A stretch of 64,000 nt of DNA from a virus. Taxonomy: Duplodnaviria; Caudoviricetes. The number at the start of each line of letters is the position of its first letter. The first letter of the stretch is position 1. Under the pieces are notes generated by a model. That model was not told the origin of the DNA. It searched no databases and was given only the letters and a program-made list of their open reading frames with translations. The stretch lies in IMG/VR virus record IMGVR_UViG_3300007171_000004, positions 96,001-160,000 of that record, one strand, 5' to 3'. The position numbers and the translations under genes are program-made. This document shows positions 19,922-27,584 of the stretch, piece by piece.

Positions 19922-20331
19922 TGATTTTTGCATAATTTACAAGATTCGCATAAACTTTTGTTTATCTTATATGAGTAAATTATCAAAATAGATCCTATAA
20001 CTAGTAACAAATTAAACACTAGGTTGCTCTTATTTATATGTTCATGTAATGTATGGATAAGAGCAACCATTCCAAACCCAACATAAAAATACAGAGATGC
20101 TTTGATTGATTTATGCCTTTTATATCCAAAGCACATAGTTAACAATCCTGAAATTCCTGATAACAACAATAAAATTAATTCAAGATTTTCATCTGCAAAC
20201 ATACTAATTCCCAATAAAGGCAAAAAGGTCATTAATATTGGCATCAATGTGCAGTGAATTGCACAAATAAAGGATGCAGAATATCCAAGCTTTTCAAATA
20301 AATTTATAAGAATACGATTTCCTGTGAACAT
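19918..20331 (-). CDS. merC: MerC-family membrane protein (137 aa)
   Basis: SASFICAIHC motif, four hydrophobic segments, GYKRHK loop and a Cys/His-rich tail CESCKLCKNH. Confidence 0.75.
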   Translation of the reverse strand: MFTGNRILINLFEKLGYSASFICAIHCTLMPILMTFLPLLGISMFADENLELILLLLSGISGLLTMCFGYKRHKSIKASLYFYVGFGMVALIHTLHEHINKSNLVFNLLLVIGSILIIYSYKINKSLCESCKLCKNH

Positions 20332-20893
20332 CTGTTAATCCATTTTCTATAATAGCTTGAATATGATCTTTAGTTAAATATCCCTTGTTTGATAAAAATT
20401 TGTAATTGGGATATTGTTCATCCAAATCTTTCATTAAGCGACACTGAATAACTTTAGCTACTATGCTTGCACATGCTACCACAAAACTAGTCGAATCGGC
20501 TTTAGGTAGCATGTGCATATTTTTTAAACTTATATCAGAAGCTTGATCTAAGATAAATAAATCTACTTTATGATATTTTAATACCTCTAAAGCAGATTCT
20601 TCTATAATATCTTTATTTGCCCGATTTATTCCATGTTTATCGATGAAATATTGATCACGAGTAGAAACATGAATCTTTATAGCCTTTTTTAAAATTTGCT
20701 CATATAATTCATCTCTTTTTTTCTCTGATAGTTTTTTAGAATCATTAACACCAGGGATAAAAACAGTAGAATCCATCAATACACATGCTGCAACAATACT
20801 ACCTGCACAAGATCCTCTACCACATTCATCTATACCAGCAATATATTCTCCATGAACGCTTCTTAAATCATCATCATAGTTTTTGAGTGACAT
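20294..20893 (-). CDS. rnhB: Ribonuclease HII; probable start MSLKN at 20893 (the track starts at 20917)
   Basis: IAGIDECGRG, ILD, KADSTS..VACASIVAKV, NKGY.T..H, HRKSY motifs. Confidence 0.92.
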   Translation of the reverse strand: MSLKNYDDDLRSVHGEYIAGIDECGRGSCAGSIVAACVLMDSTVFIPGVNDSKKLSEKKRDELYEQILKKAIKIHVSTRDQYFIDKHGINRANKDIIEESALEVLKYHKVDLFILDQASDISLKNMHMLPKADSTSFVVACASIVAKVIQCRLMKDLDEQYPNYKFLSNKGYLTKDHIQAIIENGLTDVHRKSYSYKFI

Positions 20894-22607
20894 GCTCTTT
20901 TGCCTTTTTGTAAACAATTTGACTATATTCTTTTATATCATCATTTGTAGATTCTAGCAAGCCGGTCAACATTTCAATATTATTAGACTCGCTAGATTCT
21001 TGAAGAGATTTTTTCATATCAGTTAAATCTTCTACTATATGTCGTGGCAATACATCTGTTCTCAACAATTCCTCAATCTGAATAATCCTGTCTGTCAATT
21101 GAGATTTAATGTTAGAAATTTCCAAGAATAATTTATCATCATTTTTATTATTTTCAGCTTCTTGGATTAGCTTTTGAATTTGGTCGCTTGTCAAAGATGA
21201 TGAACCTTCAAGAGTAAGATATTTTGAAATTCCAGAATCCTCATCTTTTGCCATAACTGAAAGAATACCATTAGAATCAATTTCAAATGTAACTTCGATT
21301 TTTGGCACACCTCTAGAAGCTTTTTTAATACCATCTAATGTAATCTTTCCCAATAAATGATTAAAAACTGCCTGTGGTCTTTCGCCTTGATAAATTGAGA
21401 CATCTACTTTTTCCTGATTATCAAAAGCTGTAGTAAATGTTTCTGTTACTTCTGCTGGAATTGATGAGTTTCTTTTAATCATAACATTCATCAAACCACC
21501 CTGAGTTTCAATTCCAAGAGATAAGGGAGTGACATCTACAAGAAAAATCACCTTATCACTATTTCCAGACAAAATATTTGCTTGAATAGCTGCTCCGATT
21601 GCCACAGCCTCATCTGGGTTAATAGACTTGTTAGGATTCTTGTTTGTCCATGCTTTTACAGATTCAGATATATATGGAACTCTAGTTGACCCACCTACAA
21701 AAACTACTTCATCAATATCATGAAACTTAAGACCAGCATCAAAAAGTGCTTGATCTACACATTTTTTAGTTTTATCAATTAAACTTTGAATTTTACCTTG
21801 AAACTCTTCCCTATTAATTGTTACTTTTAAATTAATTGGTTTGCCATCGATAAATTCATAATAAGGTATAGATACATTAGTTTCTGTTTTGAATGATAGT
21901 TCTTTTTTAGCTTTTTCTGCTGCATTTCTTAATCTAGGATCATTACTTTGATTAACACCATGTTTTTCTACAATTAGATCTACTAAACATTTATCAAAGT
22001 CATCGCCACCTAATTCTGTGTCACCTGAGGTACTTAAAACATGAAAATCCATTCCTTCAGCGATTTTAAGTACAGTAACATCAAAAGTTCCTCCGCCTAA
22101 ATCGTATACAAGAATAGTTTGATTAAGATTCTTATCTAAACCATAAGCAAGAGAAGCAGCTGTAGGTTCATTTATGATTCTGGAAACTCTAAGACCAGCT
22201 AATTCTGCAGCAACTTTAGTGGCTTTTCTTTGGTCATTATTAAAATATGCAGGAACGGTTATAACAGCAGAATCGATAGTGTCACCAATAAATGTTTCTG
22301 CATCTTTTTTAAGTTTTGATAAAATAAATGAGGAGATTTGCTCCGGTGAATATTCTTTATTATTTAGGACATATGTAAAATTTTTGCCCATATTTCTTTT
22401 AACAGATCTTATAGTTTCAGCTGGATTTTCATTTTCATTATCAACTGCAGAAAGACCAACTAAAATTTCTTGCCCGGCAAATGACACAACAGATGGAGTA
22501 GTGCGAAATCCTTCTTCATTTGTTAAAACTTGTGGATTACCGTTATTATCAATATAAGCTACTACAGAATTAGTTGTTCCTAAATCAATTCCTACTGTTA
22601 CTGGCAT
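20874..22607 (-). CDS. dnaK: Hsp70 chaperone DnaK (577 aa; short form without the subdomain IB insert or the C-terminal tail)
   Basis: GIDLGTTNS, AVITVPAYF, IINEPTAA, DLGGGTFD, LGGDDFD, VGGSTRVP, NPDEAVAIGAAIQ, DVTPLSLGIET. GAGG RBS. Confidence 0.97.
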   Translation of the reverse strand: MPVTVGIDLGTTNSVVAYIDNNGNPQVLTNEEGFRTTPSVVSFAGQEILVGLSAVDNENENPAETIRSVKRNMGKNFTYVLNNKEYSPEQISSFILSKLKKDAETFIGDTIDSAVITVPAYFNNDQRKATKVAAELAGLRVSRIINEPTAASLAYGLDKNLNQTILVYDLGGGTFDVTVLKIAEGMDFHVLSTSGDTELGGDDFDKCLVDLIVEKHGVNQSNDPRLRNAAEKAKKELSFKTETNVSIPYYEFIDGKPINLKVTINREEFQGKIQSLIDKTKKCVDQALFDAGLKFHDIDEVVFVGGSTRVPYISESVKAWTNKNPNKSINPDEAVAIGAAIQANILSGNSDKVIFLVDVTPLSLGIETQGGLMNVMIKRNSSIPAEVTETFTTAFDNQEKVDVSIYQGERPQAVFNHLLGKITLDGIKKASRGVPKIEVTFEIDSNGILSVMAKDEDSGISKYLTLEGSSSLTSDQIQKLIQEAENNKNDDKLFLEISNIKSQLTDRIIQIEELLRTDVLPRHIVEDLTDMKKSLQESSESNNIEMLTGLLESTNDDIKEYSQIVYKKAKEHVTQKL

Positions 22608-22633
22608 ATTAAACCTCTTTTAATATATTGTAC

Positions 22634-22649
22634 AGGATATTATATCTTA
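22634..22649 (-). promoter_or_regulatory. Promoter/operator motif TAAGATATAATATCCT upstream of dnaK (-10 box TATAAT at 22639-22644)
   Basis: Identical 16-mer also at 24682-24697 upstream of the helicase. Near-palindromic. Flanked by an 8 bp inverted repeat TATTGTAC (22626-22633) / GTACAATA (22656-22663). Confidence 0.65.
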
Positions 22650-22653
22650 GATT

Positions 22654-22662
22654 TGGTACAAT
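22654..22662 (+). promoter_or_regulatory. Extended -10 promoter candidate (TGgTACAAT) for the divergent sORF
   Basis: TG-n-TACAAT about 70 nt upstream of ATG 22732. No consensus -35. Confidence 0.5.
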
Positions 22663-22731
22663 AGATGAGGGTAATCACTGTAGATTCTCACTCCATATTG
22701 TTGTGGATATTAACATATAAAGGAGAAGGAT

Positions 22732-22803
22732 ATGAGAATCTTTAAAGACATGGAAAAAATGTTCGGTGAAGTGATTGATATGTTGTTTAAATTAGAGTTG
22801 TAA
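22732..22803 (+). CDS. Small ORF, 23 aa, MRIFKDMEKMFGEVIDMLFKLEL (not in the ORF track)
   Basis: Strong AAAGGAGAAGGA RBS directly upstream, candidate extended -10 promoter, terminator 4 nt after TAA, amphipathic helix pattern. Confidence 0.6.
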   Translation: MRIFKDMEKMFGEVIDMLFKLEL

Positions 22804-22807
22804 ATAC

Positions 22808-22837
22808 AAAAAGGAGCTTAACTTTAAGCTCCTTTTT
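22808..22837. terminator. Bidirectional intrinsic terminator between the sORF and the helicase
   Basis: AAAAAGGAGCTTA-ACTT-TAAGCTCCTTTTT, a perfect 13 bp inverted repeat with T/A tails on both sides. Confidence 0.92.
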
Positions 22838-22838
22838 C

Positions 22839-24680
22839 TTATTCAGCCTTTATGGGATAATATTGCCATGCTCTTTCATTCCTATAAACTCTTGCTCTTA
22901 AATTTGAATGAGTTTTAAGGTTTTTATGATTAACTTTAAAATCAACAATAATAGCATTAGGTTTTCCATTTTCAGCAGATTGTTTAGCATCCATACCTAC
23001 ACATCTCAAAACTCTTCCAACTTGCTGATACGTAGTGATTGGAGAACTGCTACTTCCTGCTAATATAAGAGCTGTAATTTTGGGAGCATCAACACCAACA
23101 TTTGCCCATTGAGTTGCTATAAGAATAATTTCATTGTTTTCAACTTTATTTAGCATCCTTCGGCGATAATTTTTCTCTTCATCTGATGGATCTAATTCCC
23201 CCTTATCCCCTCCTGGCACAAAAACTGCATTTTCAATAATCTCTTCTAAAAGATTACCATGCTCCATTCTTTCTACTAAAATAAGGGTCGGAGTACCATT
23301 ATCTTTAAATGTCTCAGCAAATTGTTTAATTCTATAGTTTCTTTCAGTGTTTTTGATTATATTAAGTTCATAAGCTTCTTGATATGTTTGAGCTTCGTGA
23401 TGTTCTTTAATTTCACATTGGAAGATTTTAGGTGGTACTAGAAAACCTCTTTCCACTAAATCACTTGCAGAAACTTCAATAATTTTTTGACCTAACGTAC
23501 CTTCAATTCGAATTTCTTGATTGTCAGTACGATAGGGAGTAGCTGAAAGTCCTCCACGAATAGTTGCATTTACAGCATATTTACCAATCTCTTCTATAAT
23601 AACAGATGCTATATGTGCCTCGTCAACAATATAAGCCTGACATGCAGTAACTAAATCTCTAATTTTGTTTTTATCTTCTGAAGTTGCCATTCTGTTTTGA
23701 TATACAGAATCTGCCTTTTTGAAGTTGTTATTTTGAAGTTTTATTAATGAGTCATATTTTCTCGAATATTCTTTAAGCTTTAGATCTAAATCTTTTTGAG
23801 CTTTATTTAATATTCTTTGATTTTTAGTATCCAAATTATCCTGAAATAAATTAGTTAGTTCTTCAAATTTAGCTTGTAATGAATCAATTTCTAACTGAAG
23901 ACTTTTAAGTTGGTTTTTAGCACTTCTCTTAGCAATAGAAAGATCTTTAAGTGCTTTCTCATATTCTTCTTCGATTTGAGCATTTGATTTCCTAACACCA
24001 TCTGAAGGAGCTATGTCAACAACCTTGTATTGACTTTCAACATACTTCTTATCATATGCGCCTAAAACTGTTTGATAAGTTACTACGTTTATGCCTTCCA
24101 TGTTTAAATCACAAATGCTATCACCTGCGATTCCAACTTTTACTGGTTTTCCATCTAACCTTAAGTACTTTTCAAATTCTTTTTTAGTTTGTTTGAGAAG
24201 TTCAAGAGCTGGAACTACAAAAATAACTGGAGCAACTTTAAGCTTTGAAAAAATATAACAAGAAGTCATAGTTTTACCAGCACCAGTAGCTAATGAAAGT
24301 ATGCCACCATTTTGCTTATAAAACTCATCTCCTGCTTTGATTTGATAATCTCTTAATGTCTTTGGACCAAAATCACAAGTAAATGGGTAATTTCGTTGAA
24401 TATCGGGCCTTTTATCGACCGTTTCAAATTCAACATTAAGATTCTGCAATAGATTCTTGACTTTTGGATATAAACCTATTGGAAATGTGCCGAATTTCTT
24501 GTTGTAAAGTGATATTTTGCCATCCCATTGTCCAAGTTTATATTTTGGACTCCAATCGGCATTTGGTTGTATATAAGATAATTCATCTCTTATTACAGAA
24601 TGTAGGCTATATAAAACATGAGGGTCAGATAGATTAAAGTCTATCTGACACCTTTCATTAAATAAGTTTATTACTATCAC
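22839..24680 (-). CDS. Superfamily 2 DEAH helicase (UvsW/XPB-like) with a long coiled-coil insertion
   Basis: TLRDYQ (Q motif), LATGAGKT (Walker A), IVDEAH (motif II), LSATPYR (III), QQVGRVLR (VI). GTG start. Confidence 0.9.
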   Translation of the reverse strand: MIVINLFNERCQIDFNLSDPHVLYSLHSVIRDELSYIQPNADWSPKYKLGQWDGKISLYNKKFGTFPIGLYPKVKNLLQNLNVEFETVDKRPDIQRNYPFTCDFGPKTLRDYQIKAGDEFYKQNGGILSLATGAGKTMTSCYIFSKLKVAPVIFVVPALELLKQTKKEFEKYLRLDGKPVKVGIAGDSICDLNMEGINVVTYQTVLGAYDKKYVESQYKVVDIAPSDGVRKSNAQIEEEYEKALKDLSIAKRSAKNQLKSLQLEIDSLQAKFEELTNLFQDNLDTKNQRILNKAQKDLDLKLKEYSRKYDSLIKLQNNNFKKADSVYQNRMATSEDKNKIRDLVTACQAYIVDEAHIASVIIEEIGKYAVNATIRGGLSATPYRTDNQEIRIEGTLGQKIIEVSASDLVERGFLVPPKIFQCEIKEHHEAQTYQEAYELNIIKNTERNYRIKQFAETFKDNGTPTLILVERMEHGNLLEEIIENAVFVPGGDKGELDPSDEEKNYRRRMLNKVENNEIILIATQWANVGVDAPKITALILAGSSSSPITTYQQVGRVLRCVGMDAKQSAENGKPNAIIVDFKVNHKNLKTHSNLRARVYRNERAWQYYPIKAE

Positions 24681-24681
24681 G

Positions 24682-24697
24682 AGGATATTATATCTTA
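24682..24697 (-). promoter_or_regulatory. Promoter motif TAAGATATAATATCCT placing the start site at the GTG (probable leaderless mRNA)
   Basis: TATAAT (24687-24692) ends 6 nt before the GTG at 24680. No SD present. Identical to the motif upstream of dnaK. Confidence 0.65.
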
Positions 24698-24704
24698 TAG
24701 TTCT

Positions 24705-25148
24705 TTATGCTGCAAATTTCATAATTCCAATTTGAACATCTCTACTAGATTTATTCTCAATCATTCCAAGAGTTGTGACAATCAAATCTTTAACAATTTC
24801 ATATTCAGAATCAGAGAGTTCAATATTATTCTTGCTTGCTACAATCTTAATAAATCTAAGAAATGAATCAGCTTTATCATTTTCATCAAAAGTGCCGTCA
24901 ACACAAGATTTTAAACCCTCTGCCCAAGCATCAATAATAATAACTGCTTTTGGCCCTAATTGAGCCGCTAATACACTTTTGACAATTAATAGAGCTTTAT
25001 AAACAAAATCACTTTCTCTTGTAAATCTTCTTGCAATGTGAGGAGCCAAAATAATTACCAGAGCTGTGCAAATTAATAAAGTTAAATGTTCTTGAACCGC
25101 ATGTAGTAATAGTTGCTTAATTTTTAAAGCAGTGAATAGTTGAGACAT
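24705..25148 (-). CDS. Hypothetical membrane-anchored protein (147 aa)
   Basis: One hydrophobic segment LTLLICTALVIILAPHI followed by RR. AAGGA RBS. Confidence 0.6.
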   Translation of the reverse strand: MSQLFTALKIKQLLLHAVQEHLTLLICTALVIILAPHIARRFTRESDFVYKALLIVKSVLAAQLGPKAVIIIDAWAEGLKSCVDGTFDENDKADSFLRFIKIVASKNNIELSDSEYEIVKDLIVTTLGMIENKSSRDVQIGIMKFAA

Positions 25149-25149
25149 T

Positions 25150-25365
25150 CTAGCAATCCTTAGCGATTACATCATCTCCTGTATCGGATGCTTCTGGGTC
25201 AAGAAATACATCAGCAACGACAGGAATTTCCAAAACATCCTTTACTACAATAGATTGAGCTTCAGGCGCATCGGTGGTCTCTTCAACTTCCGACGCTTGT
25301 ACTTCTTCACCTTCTACATCTGTAAACTGTTCAATTCTTCCGGTAGCACGTTTAATCATAGACAT
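25150..25365 (-). CDS. Hypothetical small acidic protein (71 aa)
   Basis: AGGAG RBS. D/E-rich. Coupled between dnaJ and the 147 aa gene. Confidence 0.65.
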   Translation of the reverse strand: MSMIKRATGRIEQFTDVEGEEVQASEVEETTDAPEAQSIVVKDVLEIPVVADVFLDPEASDTGDDVIAKDC

Positions 25366-25376
25366 TGTTTTTTCTC

Positions 25377-26378
25377 CTATTTTAAAGTAGACACATAATT
25401 TTGCAAGATATCTTTTTGTTCTTGAGACAGATTCTTAGGTGTTTTATACACTACATTAATTACGAAATCTGTTCTTGCGTTCTCATTCTTAAATAAGCCC
25501 TTTTGAGATAAATTAAACTTTTGACCATTAGTAGTATATTCTTTCATTTTAATTGTAGTTTTACCGCCTTCAGGCAAATCAACTTCAACATCTTTACCTA
25601 ATATTGCTACTACTGGATCAATTTCAAAATCAAGTTTTACATTACCATTTCTATCAAATTCAAAATGTCCAACATCTGTAAGTTCAAAATCTATAATTAC
25701 TGGTCCAGGATCAATTGTTCTATTCTCTTGATTACCCTTACCTTTAATAAATTGAGAATTGAAAATCGATCCTTTTTTAACTTCTATTTCAATTGTTTCT
25801 GAAACTAATTTTAAGCCAGAAGAATTACAATCAGAACAATTTGATGTATATCTAGAACCTTTGCCTTGACAAGAACCGCAAGGAGTAATGAATTGCTGTG
25901 TAAACATACCTTGGCGGATTTGCTTAACTACATTTCCTGCACCATTGCATTCTTTACAAGTAATTTTTTCTCCTAAACCACCATTGCCATTACACTTCAC
26001 GCAAAAAACATTTCTATTAAATGTGACATTTTTTTTGAAATTTTTGAAAGATTCTGCTAATGTAATGTTAACTCTAATAGAAACTGGAGAATTTTCCATC
26101 CTATTCTGTCTCTGATGCCCGAAGGGATTAAAGTCAAAATCAAATCCAAATGGCATTCCTCCTCCAAAAGGACTACCATGCTGCTCTGCTTCATACCTAG
26201 CTTTTTTCTGAGGATCTGTCAAAATAGAATAAGCCTCACCTATTTGCTTGAATTTATCTTCAGCATCGGGAGACTTATTAACATCTGGATGATATTCTCT
26301 AGCTAATTTACGATAAGCTGATTTAATTTCATCAGCTGTAGCATTTTCATTTAAACCAAGAACTTCATATGGATTCAT
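25377..26378 (-). CDS. dnaJ: Type I (class A) J-domain co-chaperone DnaJ
   Basis: NPYEVLG...AYRKLAREYHPDVN J-domain, G/F-rich linker, four CxxCxGxG-type motifs (CVKCNGNG, CKECNGAG, CGSCQGKG, CSDCNSSG), and a C-terminal client-binding domain. Confidence 0.96.
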   Translation of the reverse strand: MNPYEVLGLNENATADEIKSAYRKLAREYHPDVNKSPDAEDKFKQIGEAYSILTDPQKKARYEAEQHGSPFGGGMPFGFDFDFNPFGHQRQNRMENSPVSIRVNITLAESFKNFKKNVTFNRNVFCVKCNGNGGLGEKITCKECNGAGNVVKQIRQGMFTQQFITPCGSCQGKGSRYTSNCSDCNSSGLKLVSETIEIEVKKGSIFNSQFIKGKGNQENRTIDPGPVIIDFELTDVGHFEFDRNGNVKLDFEIDPVVAILGKDVEVDLPEGGKTTIKMKEYTTNGQKFNLSQKGLFKNENARTDFVINVVYKTPKNLSQEQKDILQNYVSTLK

Positions 26379-26386
26379 GTATGTTA

Positions 26387-27064
26387 TTATACATTAATTT
26401 TTTGCAGCAAAGATTTAATTTTATTGGATGGGCATACTGAATTTTCACCAATAGCAATATCTGCATGTTCGCCTGTAACACCAATAACTAAGCCGTAAAC
26501 CAATCCATCTGTACCAATAACCATACCACCAGAGATACCTTGCAAAATATCAGCATCAATAAAAATTAAATCTGACCAAGCTGGAGAATCTGCATTTCGA
26601 ACCGTTTGATGAATATTAGAAATTCTACCAACAGTTGCAGTATCATGCCATCCCTCTGGCGATCCAATAGCTGCAATAATATCTCCTACTTCAGCAGTGT
26701 CAGAATCTGCTAAACTGACTGCTGTGACAGAATCTGGAATATCTTCGCAATAAAGAATCGCTACGTCTAGATTTGGCTGGGAATCAATTACTCTTGCTCC
26801 AAATGAATTTTTACCATCAAAACTAACTTGCAACCCCATGTAATTATTAATAAGTTTAGGAGGAGCAACGTGTGATGCTGTAGCAATTAACCCATTGCCA
26901 ATATGAAATCCACTACCAGTCCATTGCTCTTTACCATCTTTAACAAAAATTGTACATGATGCTGCAATTGCATTTTGGATGACAATCTTAATTGGATCAT
27001 CAACTTTATTTTGAGCTTCTCTTAAGAACATCTCAACCATATTTGCATCTAAACGTAGCGACAT
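26387..27064 (-). CDS. Trypsin-like (S1/HtrA-type) serine protease without PDZ domain or signal peptide
   Basis: GSGFHIG..LIATASHV (His), DVAIL (Asp), AIGSPEG, IFIDADILQGISGG (Ser). Confidence 0.88.
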   Translation of the reverse strand: MSLRLDANMVEMFLREAQNKVDDPIKIVIQNAIAASCTIFVKDGKEQWTGSGFHIGNGLIATASHVAPPKLINNYMGLQVSFDGKNSFGARVIDSQPNLDVAILYCEDIPDSVTAVSLADSDTAEVGDIIAAIGSPEGWHDTATVGRISNIHQTVRNADSPAWSDLIFIDADILQGISGGMVIGTDGLVYGLVIGVTGEHADIAIGENSVCPSNKIKSLLQKINV

Positions 27065-27068
27065 AAAT

Positions 27069-27533
27069 TTAATACCCTAGAATTTTATACTCAATCTCAT
27101 CAAATGTCAAAGTGCCAAATCTTCTTGAATCATCAGAATGAAATGTGTTATCACCCAAAACATAATAATGATTTTTTGGAACTCTTGTAATTGTCAATAA
27201 AGAACCATAGACTTTTTTAAACTCTAATAATTCTTTTGTGTCGTAGCCTTCAAGTAAAATAGCGTTTGTATTTTCTAAGTCAAGCAAAGAAGCATAACTA
27301 TCTCCACCTACATACTTGACTCTTTTTATAATCGCATCTTCACCCTCTAGATTACAAACAACAATATCATTTTTCTTGATATCTTTAGTTTTATAACCAA
27401 TTAATATTTGACCATGATGAAGAGTGGGATACATCGAATTGCCTCTTACAACAATTACTCTGAATGGCCTGTAGTATATTAATAACAAACAAGCCAAACT
27501 CAATACCGTAGTCAAAATAAATTTAAGCTTCAT
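27069..27533 (-). CDS. lepB: Signal peptidase I (S26)
   Basis: N-terminal TM anchor, VRGNSMYPTL (catalytic Ser), IIKRV (catalytic Lys), GDN..HSDDSRRFG. Confidence 0.92.
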   Translation of the reverse strand: MKLKFILTTVLSLACLLLIYYRPFRVIVVRGNSMYPTLHHGQILIGYKTKDIKKNDIVVCNLEGEDAIIKRVKYVGGDSYASLLDLENTNAILLEGYDTKELLEFKKVYGSLLTITRVPKNHYYVLGDNTFHSDDSRRFGTLTFDEIEYKILGY

Positions 27534-27534
27534 A

Positions 27535-27565
27535 GTCCTCTCCTTTTATGCGTGTAGAGAAGGAC
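27535..27565 (-). promoter_or_regulatory. Hairpin able to sequester the signal peptidase RBS
   Basis: On the - strand GTCCTTCTC...GAGAGGAC pairs over the AAGGAGAGGA SD, with a one-base bulge. Confidence 0.5.
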
Positions 27566-27584
27566 ATTTTTGTTTTTTAAGCCC

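Noticed and set aside
23655-24012. Intein in the helicase
   Set aside because: No Cys/Ser start, His-Asn end or LAGLIDADG motifs. The composition is that of a coiled coil.
20874-26378. A cellular heat-shock operon (hrcA-grpE-dnaK-dnaJ) or a CIRCE element
   Set aside because: No grpE or hrcA, no TTAGCACTC-N9-GAGTGCTAA, dnaJ lies upstream of dnaK with a helicase between them, and the flanks are virion genes.
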